In this document: piece after piece, positions 54,337 through 62,591 of the stretch | Layout of the letters: each line of letters opens with the position of its first letter | Numbering within the stretch: position 1 is the first letter of the stretch | DNA from: Escherichia phage ZX4221 | Sequence record: OR498728.1 | DNA: 64,000 nucleotides | Reading direction: 5' to 3' (one strand) | The notes under the pieces: generated by a model | Databases searched by the model: none | What the model was told of the DNA's origin: nothing | The model's input: only the letters and a program-made list of their open reading frames with translations | Translations under genes and position numbers: made by a program

Positions 54337-54499
54337 GAGTGACAAGTACACTCAAGAGGAGTCAAGATTCACTGTCAAAGGTAATACTGGTAGTGATGTG
54401 GCAGCAGCCCTTGAGTTTTATCGTGATGGTTTTTACCAGTGCACAATCAAAGCTAATAACCTGATTGATATGATTTTATTAGGAAATAAACAGCAATGA
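54230..54499 (+). CDS. o-spanin-like outer-membrane lipoprotein (putative)
   Basis: 89 aa, lipobox-like IIMSGC after signal peptide; start embedded in previous gene. Confidence 0.45.
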   Translation: MKKLSQSFIMFVLLIIMSGCSTNKVNSTFKNSQVSESDKYTQEESRFTVKGNTGSDVAAALEFYRDGFYQCTIKANNLIDMILLGNKQQ

Positions 54500-54765
54500 C
54501 AGAGAATGAAGATACTTTCTATGTAGAAGGGTACTTACTACTACCACGACCAAAAGAAACTTATATGCGGGTTGATTTCTCACCAACCATTATGGATAAC
54601 GTGATGTGCCATATCTTTATGCAAGGTGTCACAGCACAGCTTAAGCATGTTGGTAAAGAGTGCAAAATAAAGGTTGACACTCATCCAGAAATCAAAGAGA
54701 ATCACTACACATGGTTCTTACCAGACTCTAAAGAAATCTTAGCAGTTCTTAAAACGAGGAAGTGA
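54496..54765 (+). CDS. hypothetical protein
   Basis: 89 aa, ATGA coupling. Confidence 0.3.
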   Translation: MTENEDTFYVEGYLLLPRPKETYMRVDFSPTIMDNVMCHIFMQGVTAQLKHVGKECKIKVDTHPEIKENHYTWFLPDSKEILAVLKTRK

Positions 54766-55094
54766 CTATGCAGATTAATGGAAGAGACTTTGTAGCTGTT
54801 TACTACGAGAAAGATAAAGAAGTTGGCGTAGCACAAGTATCTTATGGTAATGGTAAGTGGTTGTATGGAACAATCGCAGTAGTCGGAACAAGGAGTGATA
54901 CAAAAACTTTTAAAGATTGTGTTGACCTTCTTGAAGAATCCATCCACAATCATTGGTGTCTGATATGGATGACTGACAACGAAGTGATAGAACGCTTCAA
55001 AAAGATTGGTATCAACATTGATAGCATTGAGCATGTTGACTTGTATGAGCTAACTGAGAAGGTAAACTATGAAAGTAATACTAGCCAGAGATAA
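54762..55094 (+). CDS. hypothetical protein
   Basis: 110 aa, coupled. Confidence 0.3.
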   Translation: MTMQINGRDFVAVYYEKDKEVGVAQVSYGNGKWLYGTIAVVGTRSDTKTFKDCVDLLEESIHNHWCLIWMTDNEVIERFKKIGINIDSIEHVDLYELTEKVNYESNTSQR

Positions 55095-55302
55095 AAAGAC
55101 CCGCAAGATTGTACGTTCAGCAGTATTCATAGGGAGAGATGAAGTCGTCCCGTTTGCAGGGGAAGATGTGCTAACTTATAAGAAGGTTTTAAAACGTAAA
55201 TTCAGTGACCGTTTACGTGGCTTCATCTCTGAACCATTAGAAGATTTCAAAAGTCGCTGTGGCGAAGGCATCATCATTCAAGAGGCAATTATTCATGGCT
55301 GA
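55069..55302 (+). CDS. hypothetical protein
   Basis: 77 aa. Confidence 0.3.
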   Translation: MKVILARDKKTRKIVRSAVFIGRDEVVPFAGEDVLTYKKVLKRKFSDRLRGFISEPLEDFKSRCGEGIIIQEAIIHG

Positions 55303-55495
55303 TTTCTGCAAAGATTGTGCTATCGAAATGTTTGGACGTGATACAGGTGACTTAAAAGGTCTTATCACTGAAGATGACTTTAAAGCTGGTTATGCAATGC
55401 CAGTAATCTGTGAAGGTTGTGGGTGCATCTGGGTAGACCACGAAGGACAGCGTGTAAAACCTTCAGAAGATAAAGAATCTTGGGAGAGATGTTAA
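55295..55495 (+). CDS. small Cys-rich protein (hypothetical)
   Basis: CKDC ... CEGCGC; start placed at ATG 55295. Confidence 0.3.
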   Translation: MADFCKDCAIEMFGRDTGDLKGLITEDDFKAGYAMPVICEGCGCIWVDHEGQRVKPSEDKESWERC

Positions 55496-56281
55496 ATGGG
55501 TATTGTAAAAATCATCAAAGGTGATATCTTTGACGCATTTGATAAAGGTAAATTTGATATCATTGGTCATGGTTGCAACTGTATGAATTTCATGGGTGCA
55601 GGTATTGCAGCAACTATTTCTAAGCGTTATCCAAAAGTGTATGATACTGACACAGAAGTTTACCTGTTTGCAGGTGGCATTCGCCACAAACCTTGTGAAA
55701 ATTTACTCGGTAATTTCTCTGTAGCACGTTTAAAACAAGGTCGTATAGCTAACCTTTACACCCAACTCCATACTGGTAAAGATGCCCGATACAGTGCTTT
55801 AGAGTCATCTTTGAAGCAGCTTAACAGATACTGTGAAGTCAATCAGTTGAAGAAAGTCGGGTTACCTATGATTGGTGCAGGTATCGGTGGGCTAGACCCT
55901 CAAGCCGTCACAGTCATCATCAATCAGGTGATGAAGAGTGTAGATGTTTATCTGTATGTCTATGAAGGAGAGATGTACCACAAGTTACGCTCAGGTTGGA
56001 AGAACTACTGTGAACCAGAGTACTTTGCAGGTGTAGTTGTCTTCACAGATAACGCAGTTACCCTCTTCAGACGAAGAAAAGGTAAGATACATCAAAGTAA
56101 CCCTCCGGTTGAAAAGATGTCTCTAAGTAACGCTCTAGTTACCCACCTGTCGAAGAGCAACCACAGGATTGCTGTAACATTTGGTAGTGATGCAGAAACT
56201 TATATCTATGCAAGAACTGATGAGGATATCGAGACAGTTTTTTCTTCACCAGAAGTTACCTTCTTAGACGCAAAGAACTAA
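55496..56281 (+). CDS. macrodomain protein (ADP-ribose binding/hydrolase-like)
   Basis: IKGDIF, FDIIGHGCNCMNFMGAGIAATI and VGLPMIGAGIGGLD match macro-domain signature blocks as recalled. Confidence 0.55.
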   Translation: MGIVKIIKGDIFDAFDKGKFDIIGHGCNCMNFMGAGIAATISKRYPKVYDTDTEVYLFAGGIRHKPCENLLGNFSVARLKQGRIANLYTQLHTGKDARYSALESSLKQLNRYCEVNQLKKVGLPMIGAGIGGLDPQAVTVIINQVMKSVDVYLYVYEGEMYHKLRSGWKNYCEPEYFAGVVVFTDNAVTLFRRRKGKIHQSNPPVEKMSLSNALVTHLSKSNHRIAVTFGSDAETYIYARTDEDIETVFSSPEVTFLDAKN

Positions 56282-56337
56282 GAAACTCTGTAGAATATTC
56301 ACAATAGACTAAGCCTTTCTTATCTGGTAGATTTTTC

Positions 56338-56550
56338 AGGTAAGGAGGGCTTTTTCATTTCAGGATTGTGCAGGTAGAGTTCTGTAGAGAAGTCTGTAGA
56401 GAGAATTTTGAACTCCAAAGAGAAAATTCATTTTCAAACTGTGCAGGTAATCTCCAAAGAGCTTTTTCATTTTCAAAACGTGCAGAGAAAAATCAGGTCG
56501 GGCAAGAAAAATCATTTTAGAATTGTGCAGGTAGGTGGGTGCAGGTGGGG
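56338..56550. repeat. iteron-like degenerate direct repeats (TTCATTTTCA..TGTGCAGGTA)
   Basis: GTGCAG motif at about 56370, 56442, 56472, 56527 and 56539, each preceded by TTCATTTT-like sequence; CTGTAGAG repeated three times. Confidence 0.55.
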
Positions 56551-56719
56551 ATGTCGCCATTTCTCACAAGGCTACCACATCTGGAAATAAAAGTCAACAG
56601 AAAAATTTGTAGCGGATTGAAAAATAATTCTTGATTGTAGTTCTGTTTTGTGGTAGTCGCGCGCACCCGTTTCATTACAATTTTTGCAAAAAAAAAAAAA
56701 AATATTTTTAAAATTCCTA

Positions 56720-56798
56720 TTGACTCTTTGAGTATGGTTATCTAATATTTGCATCAGACGGGCAAGCAAGCCCACTTCCTAAACTGGAGAATCTAAAA
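56720..56798 (+). promoter_or_regulatory. strong sigma70-like promoter (TTGACT-17-TAATAT) with A15 tract upstream and leader hairpin
   Basis: TTGACT 56720-56725, TAATAT 56743-56748, hairpin GGGCAAGCAAGCCC, conserved RBS region CCTAAACTGGAGAATCTAAAAATG. Confidence 0.55.
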
Positions 56799-57005
56799 AT
56801 GCTTTACAGTCGTGAATTGATGGTTACAACTAACGTTAACACAAAGGTAAAACGTTTTTACATGCAAATTTGTGACGTATGGTCTAGAATATCAGAGGCT
56901 GACTATTGCAACTATGTAGAAACGGCTATTAATTCTAATTGCTACCTTACAAGAAACACTAAGAAATTTACAAGGCAGACAGCGATTTACTACTACGACA
57001 AATAA
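56799..57005 (+). CDS. small early protein (hypothetical)
   Basis: 68 aa; conserved leader/RBS cassette. Confidence 0.4.
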   Translation: MLYSRELMVTTNVNTKVKRFYMQICDVWSRISEADYCNYVETAINSNCYLTRNTKKFTRQTAIYYYDK

Positions 57006-57093
57006 AGTACTTTACAGGGGGCTTAAAAGTTGATATCTTAAGCCCCAGATAAAGAGCTTTACTAAATTAACCCTTAAACTAGGAGATTCAAAA
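57003..57093 (+). repeat. intergenic cassette type A (hairpin GGGGCTTAA..TTAAGCCCC + conserved RBS)
   Basis: AAGTACTTTACAGGGGGCTT...AGCCCCAGATAAAGAGCTTTAC...TAAACTAGGAGATTCAAAAATG. Confidence 0.6.
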
Positions 57094-57474
57094 ATGGCTT
57101 ATCGTGCACCGAAATTCATCAACAAAGACAACTTCCGCAACGCACTGGAGAAGTCACTTGATGAAAAATTTAACGGCAAATTGATTGTTGTCCACGCATT
57201 CAATTTTAAGTATGATATTAACGGGAATAAAATCAACCATTACACGGCAACCATGTTAGATGGCACGCTATCAAGTGAAAAAGCCGTACTGAATGCACTT
57301 GCAGGACGTGGTAAAAACCTGATAAGATGCGATAAGAGACGTTATCAGGGTGGCGCATATGGTTATGATGATGCTGTTTATCATCTTGAAAATATGGGCT
57401 ATTCAGTGGAAAAAGCTGGAGTGTCTCAAATAATCGGCAGTGACGGCTATGTGACAATTTTCAAAATTAACTGA
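57094..57474 (+). CDS. small early protein (hypothetical)
   Basis: 126 aa. Confidence 0.45.
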   Translation: MAYRAPKFINKDNFRNALEKSLDEKFNGKLIVVHAFNFKYDINGNKINHYTATMLDGTLSSEKAVLNALAGRGKNLIRCDKRRYQGGAYGYDDAVYHLENMGYSVEKAGVSQIIGSDGYVTIFKIN

Positions 57475-57562
57475 TAAAGTACTTTACAAGGGGCTTATAG
57501 TTCGATAAAGTAAGCCCCAGATAAAGAGCTTTACCACTCAATCCTAAATTGGAGATTCTAAA
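57475..57562 (+). repeat. intergenic cassette type A
   Basis: CTGATAAAGTACTTTACAAGGGGCTTATAGTTCGATAAAGTAAGCCCCAGATAAAGAGCTTTACCACT...GGAGATTCTAAAATG. Confidence 0.65.
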
Positions 57563-57820
57563 ATGGCTATTATCAAAAACGTTGTAATTGCTGCAAAAAC
57601 TCGTGATGACGCTCGCGTTATGGCTAAAAAGTTATGCGGAAAAGTTGTTGACAACGGGAAACAATCTGCTGTAAGGTGGAGCGTGAAGGCTGATAAACAA
57701 CTAACCTTAAAACGCAGTTCAAACAATCTTTTTAAAGGTGTAAAATCACTCGGTAAAGTGAACGTGTTTACCAAAAAAGGCTATAAAATGCACTTATCAT
57801 TAACTGGCAATTTAATCTGA
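57563..57820 (+). CDS. small early protein (hypothetical, basic)
   Basis: 85 aa. Confidence 0.45.
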   Translation: MAIIKNVVIAAKTRDDARVMAKKLCGKVVDNGKQSAVRWSVKADKQLTLKRSSNNLFKGVKSLGKVNVFTKKGYKMHLSLTGNLI

Positions 57821-57908
57821 TAAAGTACTTTACAGGGGGCTTAAAAGCTGATATCTTAAGCCCCAGATAAAGAGCTTTACCACTAAATCCTAAACTGGAG
57901 ATTCAAAA
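57821..57908 (+). repeat. intergenic cassette type A
   Basis: same cassette with variant hairpin loop. Confidence 0.65.
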
Positions 57909-58421
57909 ATGAAAACTGTAGACGCTACCTTTGAAGTTGTAAAAGAAAAATTCACCATTATTTATGAAGCTGTCAATTGCTTTGAAGCAAGCCATAATCT
58001 CGATAATTGGGAGTTTACAAACGACCATCAAGGCGGTGTGACTGTTAAAAATCCTAACTGTCAGCATAATGATTTTAAATATGCAATCCCTTTGCATTAC
58101 AGCCTTAAACAGCTTTCAAGTGACTATGCAAAACAAGGCCGCGATAATCCATCGAAAGAGGCTTACACGAGCTTACAGAAAGAACTAGAAAGAGATTTAG
58201 AGGCTTCAGAGTATAACCTTGCCGCGAAAGTTGTGGATGCAAACGGTAGCACGGTTTTAGAAAGTTTTTATCTTGGTTATGCTTTCGATTGGTGCTATCG
58301 TGACGGTGATGATTTAGAGGATAGACTAAAAGAAGAGGTGAACAACGCAGACGCAGAATCTGAAGTATTAGAACGTTTGGAATCGTTGAAAGACTCAGTG
58401 ATGAATATCTTTAAGAACTAA
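57909..58421 (+). CDS. small early protein (hypothetical)
   Basis: 170 aa. Confidence 0.45.
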   Translation: MKTVDATFEVVKEKFTIIYEAVNCFEASHNLDNWEFTNDHQGGVTVKNPNCQHNDFKYAIPLHYSLKQLSSDYAKQGRDNPSKEAYTSLQKELERDLEASEYNLAAKVVDANGSTVLESFYLGYAFDWCYRDGDDLEDRLKEEVNNADAESEVLERLESLKDSVMNIFKN

Positions 58422-58511
58422 ATAGATTTCTTTACACGGGGTTATCAAGCTGGTAGGATAGCCCCAGATAAAGAGATTTATCACTAAATCCTTAAACTAG
58501 GAGATTCAAAA
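58422..58511 (+). repeat. intergenic cassette type A (divergent copy)
   Basis: TTTCTTTACACGGGGTTATC...GATAGCCCCAGATAAAGAGATTTATCACTAAATCC...GGAGATTCAAAAATG. Confidence 0.55.
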
Positions 58512-58808
58512 ATGAAACTATCAAATAAAGTCCGTGAAAATCTAAGCAAGTTGCTTAATAAAATTGATTTCATTGAAACATCAAGGAATAGTCATGATGT
58601 TATGGAATGGTTACACGGAAAAATCAAAGGTCGTCGTGTAGTGATTTGCTTATGGAATAGTTGCAGGGAATATAAAAAACCTGTATTACAAGTCAATATC
58701 TATGATGATACTTTTAAAAGCCCTGTAAAGTCTAAAAGCGATTTATTAGAATCTTATGAGATAACTGTAAATGGCAAGGTATCACGTAAAGAGGAAGCAC
58801 CATGTTAA
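58512..58808 (+). CDS. small early protein (hypothetical)
   Basis: 98 aa. Confidence 0.45.
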   Translation: MKLSNKVRENLSKLLNKIDFIETSRNSHDVMEWLHGKIKGRRVVICLWNSCREYKKPVLQVNIYDDTFKSPVKSKSDLLESYEITVNGKVSRKEEAPC

Positions 58809-59134
58809 TGATGGGTATCACTGCAATCATTGCCATTATAGCACTTTACAAGGCTTATAGCGCATATAATTTGGCAAGTAAGGCAATCACGCAGCAGGTC
58901 AATAATAACCTTGTAATGAGCTTTCTGGAGCGTTTAAGCGATGAACAAATAAAACGGTTAGAAATGAGCTTCAGATTTCAATCAAAAACTTATCAAATCA
59001 GCGACATTTTCAAAGATGATTTTCAGCTTGTCGATGATTATAACTCTCTGATAAATGCTTTAAATATCAGTGATTTAAAAGATTATCATGCTGTAATAGT
59101 TCAAGAATTGAGCAAACGAAAAAATTCCTCTTGA
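58802..59134 (+). CDS. small membrane-anchored protein (hypothetical)
   Basis: 110 aa, N-terminal hydrophobic segment; overlaps previous gene by 7 nt with no cassette between. Confidence 0.4.
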   Translation: MLMMGITAIIAIIALYKAYSAYNLASKAITQQVNNNLVMSFLERLSDEQIKRLEMSFRFQSKTYQISDIFKDDFQLVDDYNSLINALNISDLKDYHAVIVQELSKRKNSS

Positions 59135-59140
59135 TTTTGG

Positions 59141-59224
59141 TTTTTAAAACAAGTAAATTACTAATCAACGGGGAGGTAATGACCTTCCCCACTAAGTAAA
59201 GTCCTTAAACTAGGAGATTCAAGA
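59141..59224 (+). promoter_or_regulatory. intergenic cassette type B: promoter TTGATT-17-TAAATT + leader hairpin + conserved RBS
   Basis: -35 59141-59146, -10 59164-59169, hairpin GGGGAGGTAATGACCTTCCCC. Confidence 0.55.
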
Positions 59225-59383
59225 ATGTTTTGTGCAGGTGATAAAGTTGTCTGGAATGATATAGATGACGGTTTATGTACGAAAGTTGTTGTTATCTTAG
59301 AAATTGATTATATCACTGGTGTTGCAACTGTAGCAGATAATGATATAATCTTTGATGTCTTAATTAGTGAACTGTCAAAATAA
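59225..59383 (+). CDS. small early protein (52 aa, not in ORF track)
   Basis: MFCAGDKVVWNDIDDG...; preceded by type B cassette. Confidence 0.4.
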   Translation: MFCAGDKVVWNDIDDGLCTKVVVILEIDYITGVATVADNDIIFDVLISELSK

Positions 59384-59407
59384 AACCTTAAACTAGGAGC
59401 TTTTAAA

Positions 59408-59680
59408 ATGTACACTACTAACAACGGTCGCACTTTAAACATAACCCTACGCCACTATGTGAACGGTGTAATGCACTTCGAGGATTTACAAGCTGAACAA
59501 CATATATTGGATTGGCAAGTAGCAGGACTCCAAAAAACTGCTACCGGATACGGGAAAAAGATTCCAACTAGTTGGAAAGTTCACTATGAAGGACGTTTGC
59601 GCAGAATTTATCAAGATGTTTACAGCAATAGCGCAGCAAGTTACATCATGGTAAAAGGTAAAAAGCTGCATTTAGTGTAA
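59408..59680 (+). CDS. small early protein (hypothetical)
   Basis: 90 aa; partial cassette AAACCTTAAACTAGGAGCTTTTAAAATG upstream. Confidence 0.4.
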   Translation: MYTTNNGRTLNITLRHYVNGVMHFEDLQAEQHILDWQVAGLQKTATGYGKKIPTSWKVHYEGRLRRIYQDVYSNSAASYIMVKGKKLHLV

Positions 59681-59765
59681 AGTACTTTACAAGGGGCTTA
59701 TAGTTCGATAAAGTAAGCCCCAGATAAAGAGCTTTACCACTCAATCCTAAATTGGAGATTCTAAA
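59681..59765 (+). repeat. intergenic cassette type A
   Basis: near-identical to 57475-57562. Confidence 0.65.
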
Positions 59766-60170
59766 ATGGCTATTAATAACCGTGAGTTATCAATCTTAAA
59801 AGCACGTTTGACCGTTAACCGGATTAATGTTATTACATCATCAGCACCGGATGAAACATTGCACAACATTATCGGGAAGATTCAAAGTGTTATCTTAGAC
59901 GTTGAAAACGTAAAAAACTCATTGTCTGACGTTGCAGCAGGTATCACGCTAGACGGTGCACAATATGAAATGGCTGACATGTTAGGCAAATCAAAGGTAA
60001 TGAATAAAGAGCTTGATTTAAAAATGTTTCGTTTTGCTGTTAAAGTGTGGCTATCTGTTGAGTATGACGCAAATTTTGCAATCGCTGACTTTTTCGCAAC
60101 ATGGTTGCAACGTAATTTAACAAATCATGATTTTCGTGATGTCTGTGATGCAATTTATGCAGAACTCTAA
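59766..60170 (+). CDS. small early protein (hypothetical)
   Basis: 134 aa. Confidence 0.45.
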   Translation: MAINNRELSILKARLTVNRINVITSSAPDETLHNIIGKIQSVILDVENVKNSLSDVAAGITLDGAQYEMADMLGKSKVMNKELDLKMFRFAVKVWLSVEYDANFAIADFFATWLQRNLTNHDFRDVCDAIYAEL

Positions 60171-60180
60171 AAAAATTTTG

Positions 60181-60274
60181 TTGACACTGGTTTTTAAAAC
60201 AAGTAAATTACCAATCAACGGGGAGGGAATGAACTTCCCCACTAAATAAAGTCCTTAAACTAGGAGATTCAAAA
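60181..60274 (+). promoter_or_regulatory. intergenic cassette type B: promoter TTGACA-17-TAAATT + leader hairpin + RBS
   Basis: -35 60181-60186, -10 60204-60209, hairpin GGGGAGGGAATGAACTTCCCC. Confidence 0.6.
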
Positions 60275-60472
60275 ATGGCTATTATTAATGGTTTAAACAT
60301 TGAAACTACTCATATCAAAGATATCAAAGTTGGCGATATAGTCCTTTTTCACGGCGTAGAAAAAACCGTCACTGAAAAGGATATCAAGGAGGATTCATTC
60401 ATGGGTCGGACGCTTTTCGGTGATTCTTATTGCTTAGGTTACCTTGCAGTTTTAAAAGTTGTAAAAAATTAA
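60275..60472 (+). CDS. small early protein (hypothetical)
   Basis: 65 aa. Confidence 0.4.
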   Translation: MAIINGLNIETTHIKDIKVGDIVLFHGVEKTVTEKDIKEDSFMGRTLFGDSYCLGYLAVLKVVKN

Positions 60473-60564
60473 CTGATAAAGTACTTTACAAGGGGCTTAT
60501 AGTTCGATAAAGTAAGCCCCAGATAAAGAGCTTTACCACTAAATCCTAAACTGGAGATTCTAAA
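60473..60564 (+). repeat. intergenic cassette type A
   Basis: near-identical to 57475-57562. Confidence 0.65.
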
Positions 60565-61107
60565 ATGAAATGCTTTCACGGTACTACTCAAGAAAACTTT
60601 ACCAACCTGCTTAATAACGGTGATAAACCATCAGGCGCATGGAATTGTTCGGATATGGACGGCAATTTTTACGTGTATCCAGAAAATAAAATCTATGGCG
60701 ACGATGAGGAAGAAATAATCTCTGAAGGTATCCAGCAGGCTCTAGGTAATGCAGCTATCACCGCAGCTTTCCAGATGAAAACCCAAAATATTGTTATCTT
60801 AGAACTTGATATCCCAGAGGATGACCTAAATGATGATTATTCTTGTGATAATATGTCGAGCGTGGCAAGTTTTACAGAGTATTTTGATATAAGCTGGATT
60901 AAAAAGGTTTACATCACTGAATTTAATGCTATGTTTTCACCTTTTTGTCTTCCTTCACTGGATAACCCAAATTTAAACTATCTTGATGAGTCTCTGGAAC
61001 TTCTCGCTAAAAGTGTTCAACAATCAGACAGTATTCAGGTTTTTTGTGACATCATGGATACACTAACAGGAAACATTGCAGAAGAGGATTTAAAGAGCTT
61101 TTTCTAA
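60565..61107 (+). CDS. small early protein (hypothetical, acidic)
   Basis: 180 aa. Confidence 0.45.
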   Translation: MKCFHGTTQENFTNLLNNGDKPSGAWNCSDMDGNFYVYPENKIYGDDEEEIISEGIQQALGNAAITAAFQMKTQNIVILELDIPEDDLNDDYSCDNMSSVASFTEYFDISWIKKVYITEFNAMFSPFCLPSLDNPNLNYLDESLELLAKSVQQSDSIQVFCDIMDTLTGNIAEEDLKSFF

Positions 61108-61173
61108 AAACCTATGCAATCACCTTATAAACACTATTCAGCCCCTACAAGGGGCTTCTAGGAGGCTTTAATC

Positions 61174-61407
61174 ATGCTTACAACCGTTTACCTCATCCTT
61201 TCTATTTGTAATGGTCATTCGTGCGATTTTAAAGGGCTTGAGGAGTTTACAGGAAGTAAAGAAAATGCTATTCAAGTTTGCCAGATAGCAAGGCAAGACT
61301 ATCCCGCCAGTGATGATATTCAATGCTACTTTAAGACAGAAGATGACGATGGAATCTATTTCGACAGTGTTGATGGTCAATATGAAATTATCATTGAAAA
61401 AGACTAG
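61174..61407 (+). CDS. small early protein (hypothetical)
   Basis: 77 aa; hairpin GCCCCTACAAGGGGC and AGGAGG RBS upstream. Confidence 0.4.
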   Translation: MLTTVYLILSICNGHSCDFKGLEEFTGSKENAIQVCQIARQDYPASDDIQCYFKTEDDDGIYFDSVDGQYEIIIEKD

Positions 61408-61498
61408 ACAAGCCTGATAAAAGTCTGTAAATTACACATCAACGGGGAGGGAATGACCTTCCCCACTAAATAAAGTCCTTAAACTAGGAGATTCAAAA
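61405..61498 (+). promoter_or_regulatory. intergenic cassette type B: promoter TAGACA-17-TAAATT + leader hairpin + RBS
   Basis: -35 61405-61410, -10 61428-61433; -35 overlaps the stop of the upstream gene. Confidence 0.55.
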
Positions 61499-61840
61499 AT
61501 GGCTTATGTAACCGTAATTACCGATAAAGAGGATTCATCTTGGTCAACTCAAGTAAGTGACAAGATGTCACCTATGCAGTGCCTAAAATACTTTGAGCAG
61601 TGGAATAAAGGAGAGGATATCAGCCCCTTTCAAGTGATGCAGATTATCCATACAGACAACGAAGGGATTAAAACGGTTTTAAATAGTGAGCACTACGCAA
61701 CCCGATTTGAAACGAGATGTAAAACGATGAAGTTATTACGTGAATCCGGTTATGCCCATATCGCCGCGTTAATCTGGGATGACCTGCTAAAAAGTCAGCG
61801 TATCAGCTATGTAAAACCTGAAAAAATATTCATCAGTTAA
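61499..61840 (+). CDS. small early protein (hypothetical)
   Basis: 113 aa. Confidence 0.45.
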   Translation: MAYVTVITDKEDSSWSTQVSDKMSPMQCLKYFEQWNKGEDISPFQVMQIIHTDNEGIKTVLNSEHYATRFETRCKTMKLLRESGYAHIAALIWDDLLKSQRISYVKPEKIFIS

Positions 61841-61969
61841 TCAACAACTTACAAAAAACTTTTAAAAAAGTATTGACAATACCCCTTGACATTGGTAACT
61901 TTGTTCGAGGGGGTTTATCTAAAAGGGATTAACTTAAAAGATTCTTTATAGATAAACTTAAAAAATTAC

Positions 61970-62060
61970 TTGCAATCAGATATCAAAACAAGTAAATTAC
62001 TAATCAACGGGAGGGAATGACCTTCCCCACTAAGTAAAGTCCTAAACTGGAGAATCTAAA
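61970..62060 (+). promoter_or_regulatory. intergenic cassette type B: promoter TTGCAA-17-TAAATT + leader hairpin + RBS
   Basis: -35 61970-61975, -10 61993-61998; extra TTGACA boxes and a CCCC/GGGG hairpin at 61873-61900. Confidence 0.55.
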
Positions 62061-62591
62061 ATGAATAAGTTCAAAGCTATCAACTTCATTCGTTCAAATG
62101 CTGTAATGTCTAAACCTGTTAAAGATACCTATGAATTTCGCTGCAATGGTGTGCACTTTGCAACCATCACCAAATCAGAAAACGGGGCTTATTACGTTCA
62201 TCGTCGTAATGCTGCAACCGTTGTAGTCTCACATTTTATGCAAGCTGTAGCGGAATTATTACCGCTATTCTTAGAGATTTATCTAGATGATTGCAAAAAC
62301 GTTCACAGCCACGTTAAAAACCTTTTAAACGGTTATAAAATGGCTTATGAGCGTTCTATCAAGTCCTTAAACAAGTTCTATAAAGCCCCTGTAAATACCG
62401 TTTCAATGGCCTACGGCGTAGGTGGCTGGACTGTTAACCTTTCTCTAGTGGAAGAAATCGAGCTTTACGACCATCGACCTAGCGGTTACTCTAAGACACT
62501 TGGTGAAGGTTTAACGTTCAATATCAAGAACTTAGAAAAAACTTTAAAAGATATTGAAAAAGATATTGACGAGACAATCAAAAGTCTGTAA
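62061..62591 (+). CDS. small early protein (hypothetical)
   Basis: 176 aa. Confidence 0.45.
   Translation: MNKFKAINFIRSNAVMSKPVKDTYEFRCNGVHFATITKSENGAYYVHRRNAATVVVSHFMQAVAELLPLFLEIYLDDCKNVHSHVKNLLNGYKMAYERSIKSLNKFYKAPVNTVSMAYGVGGWTVNLSLVEEIELYDHRPSGYSKTLGEGLTFNIKNLEKTLKDIEKDIDETIKSL

Noticed and set aside
56360-56775. Three ORFs of 60-67 aa in the 56282-56798 region
   Set aside because: Lie within the iteron-like repeat region, lack ribosome-binding sites, and translate the repeats themselves.
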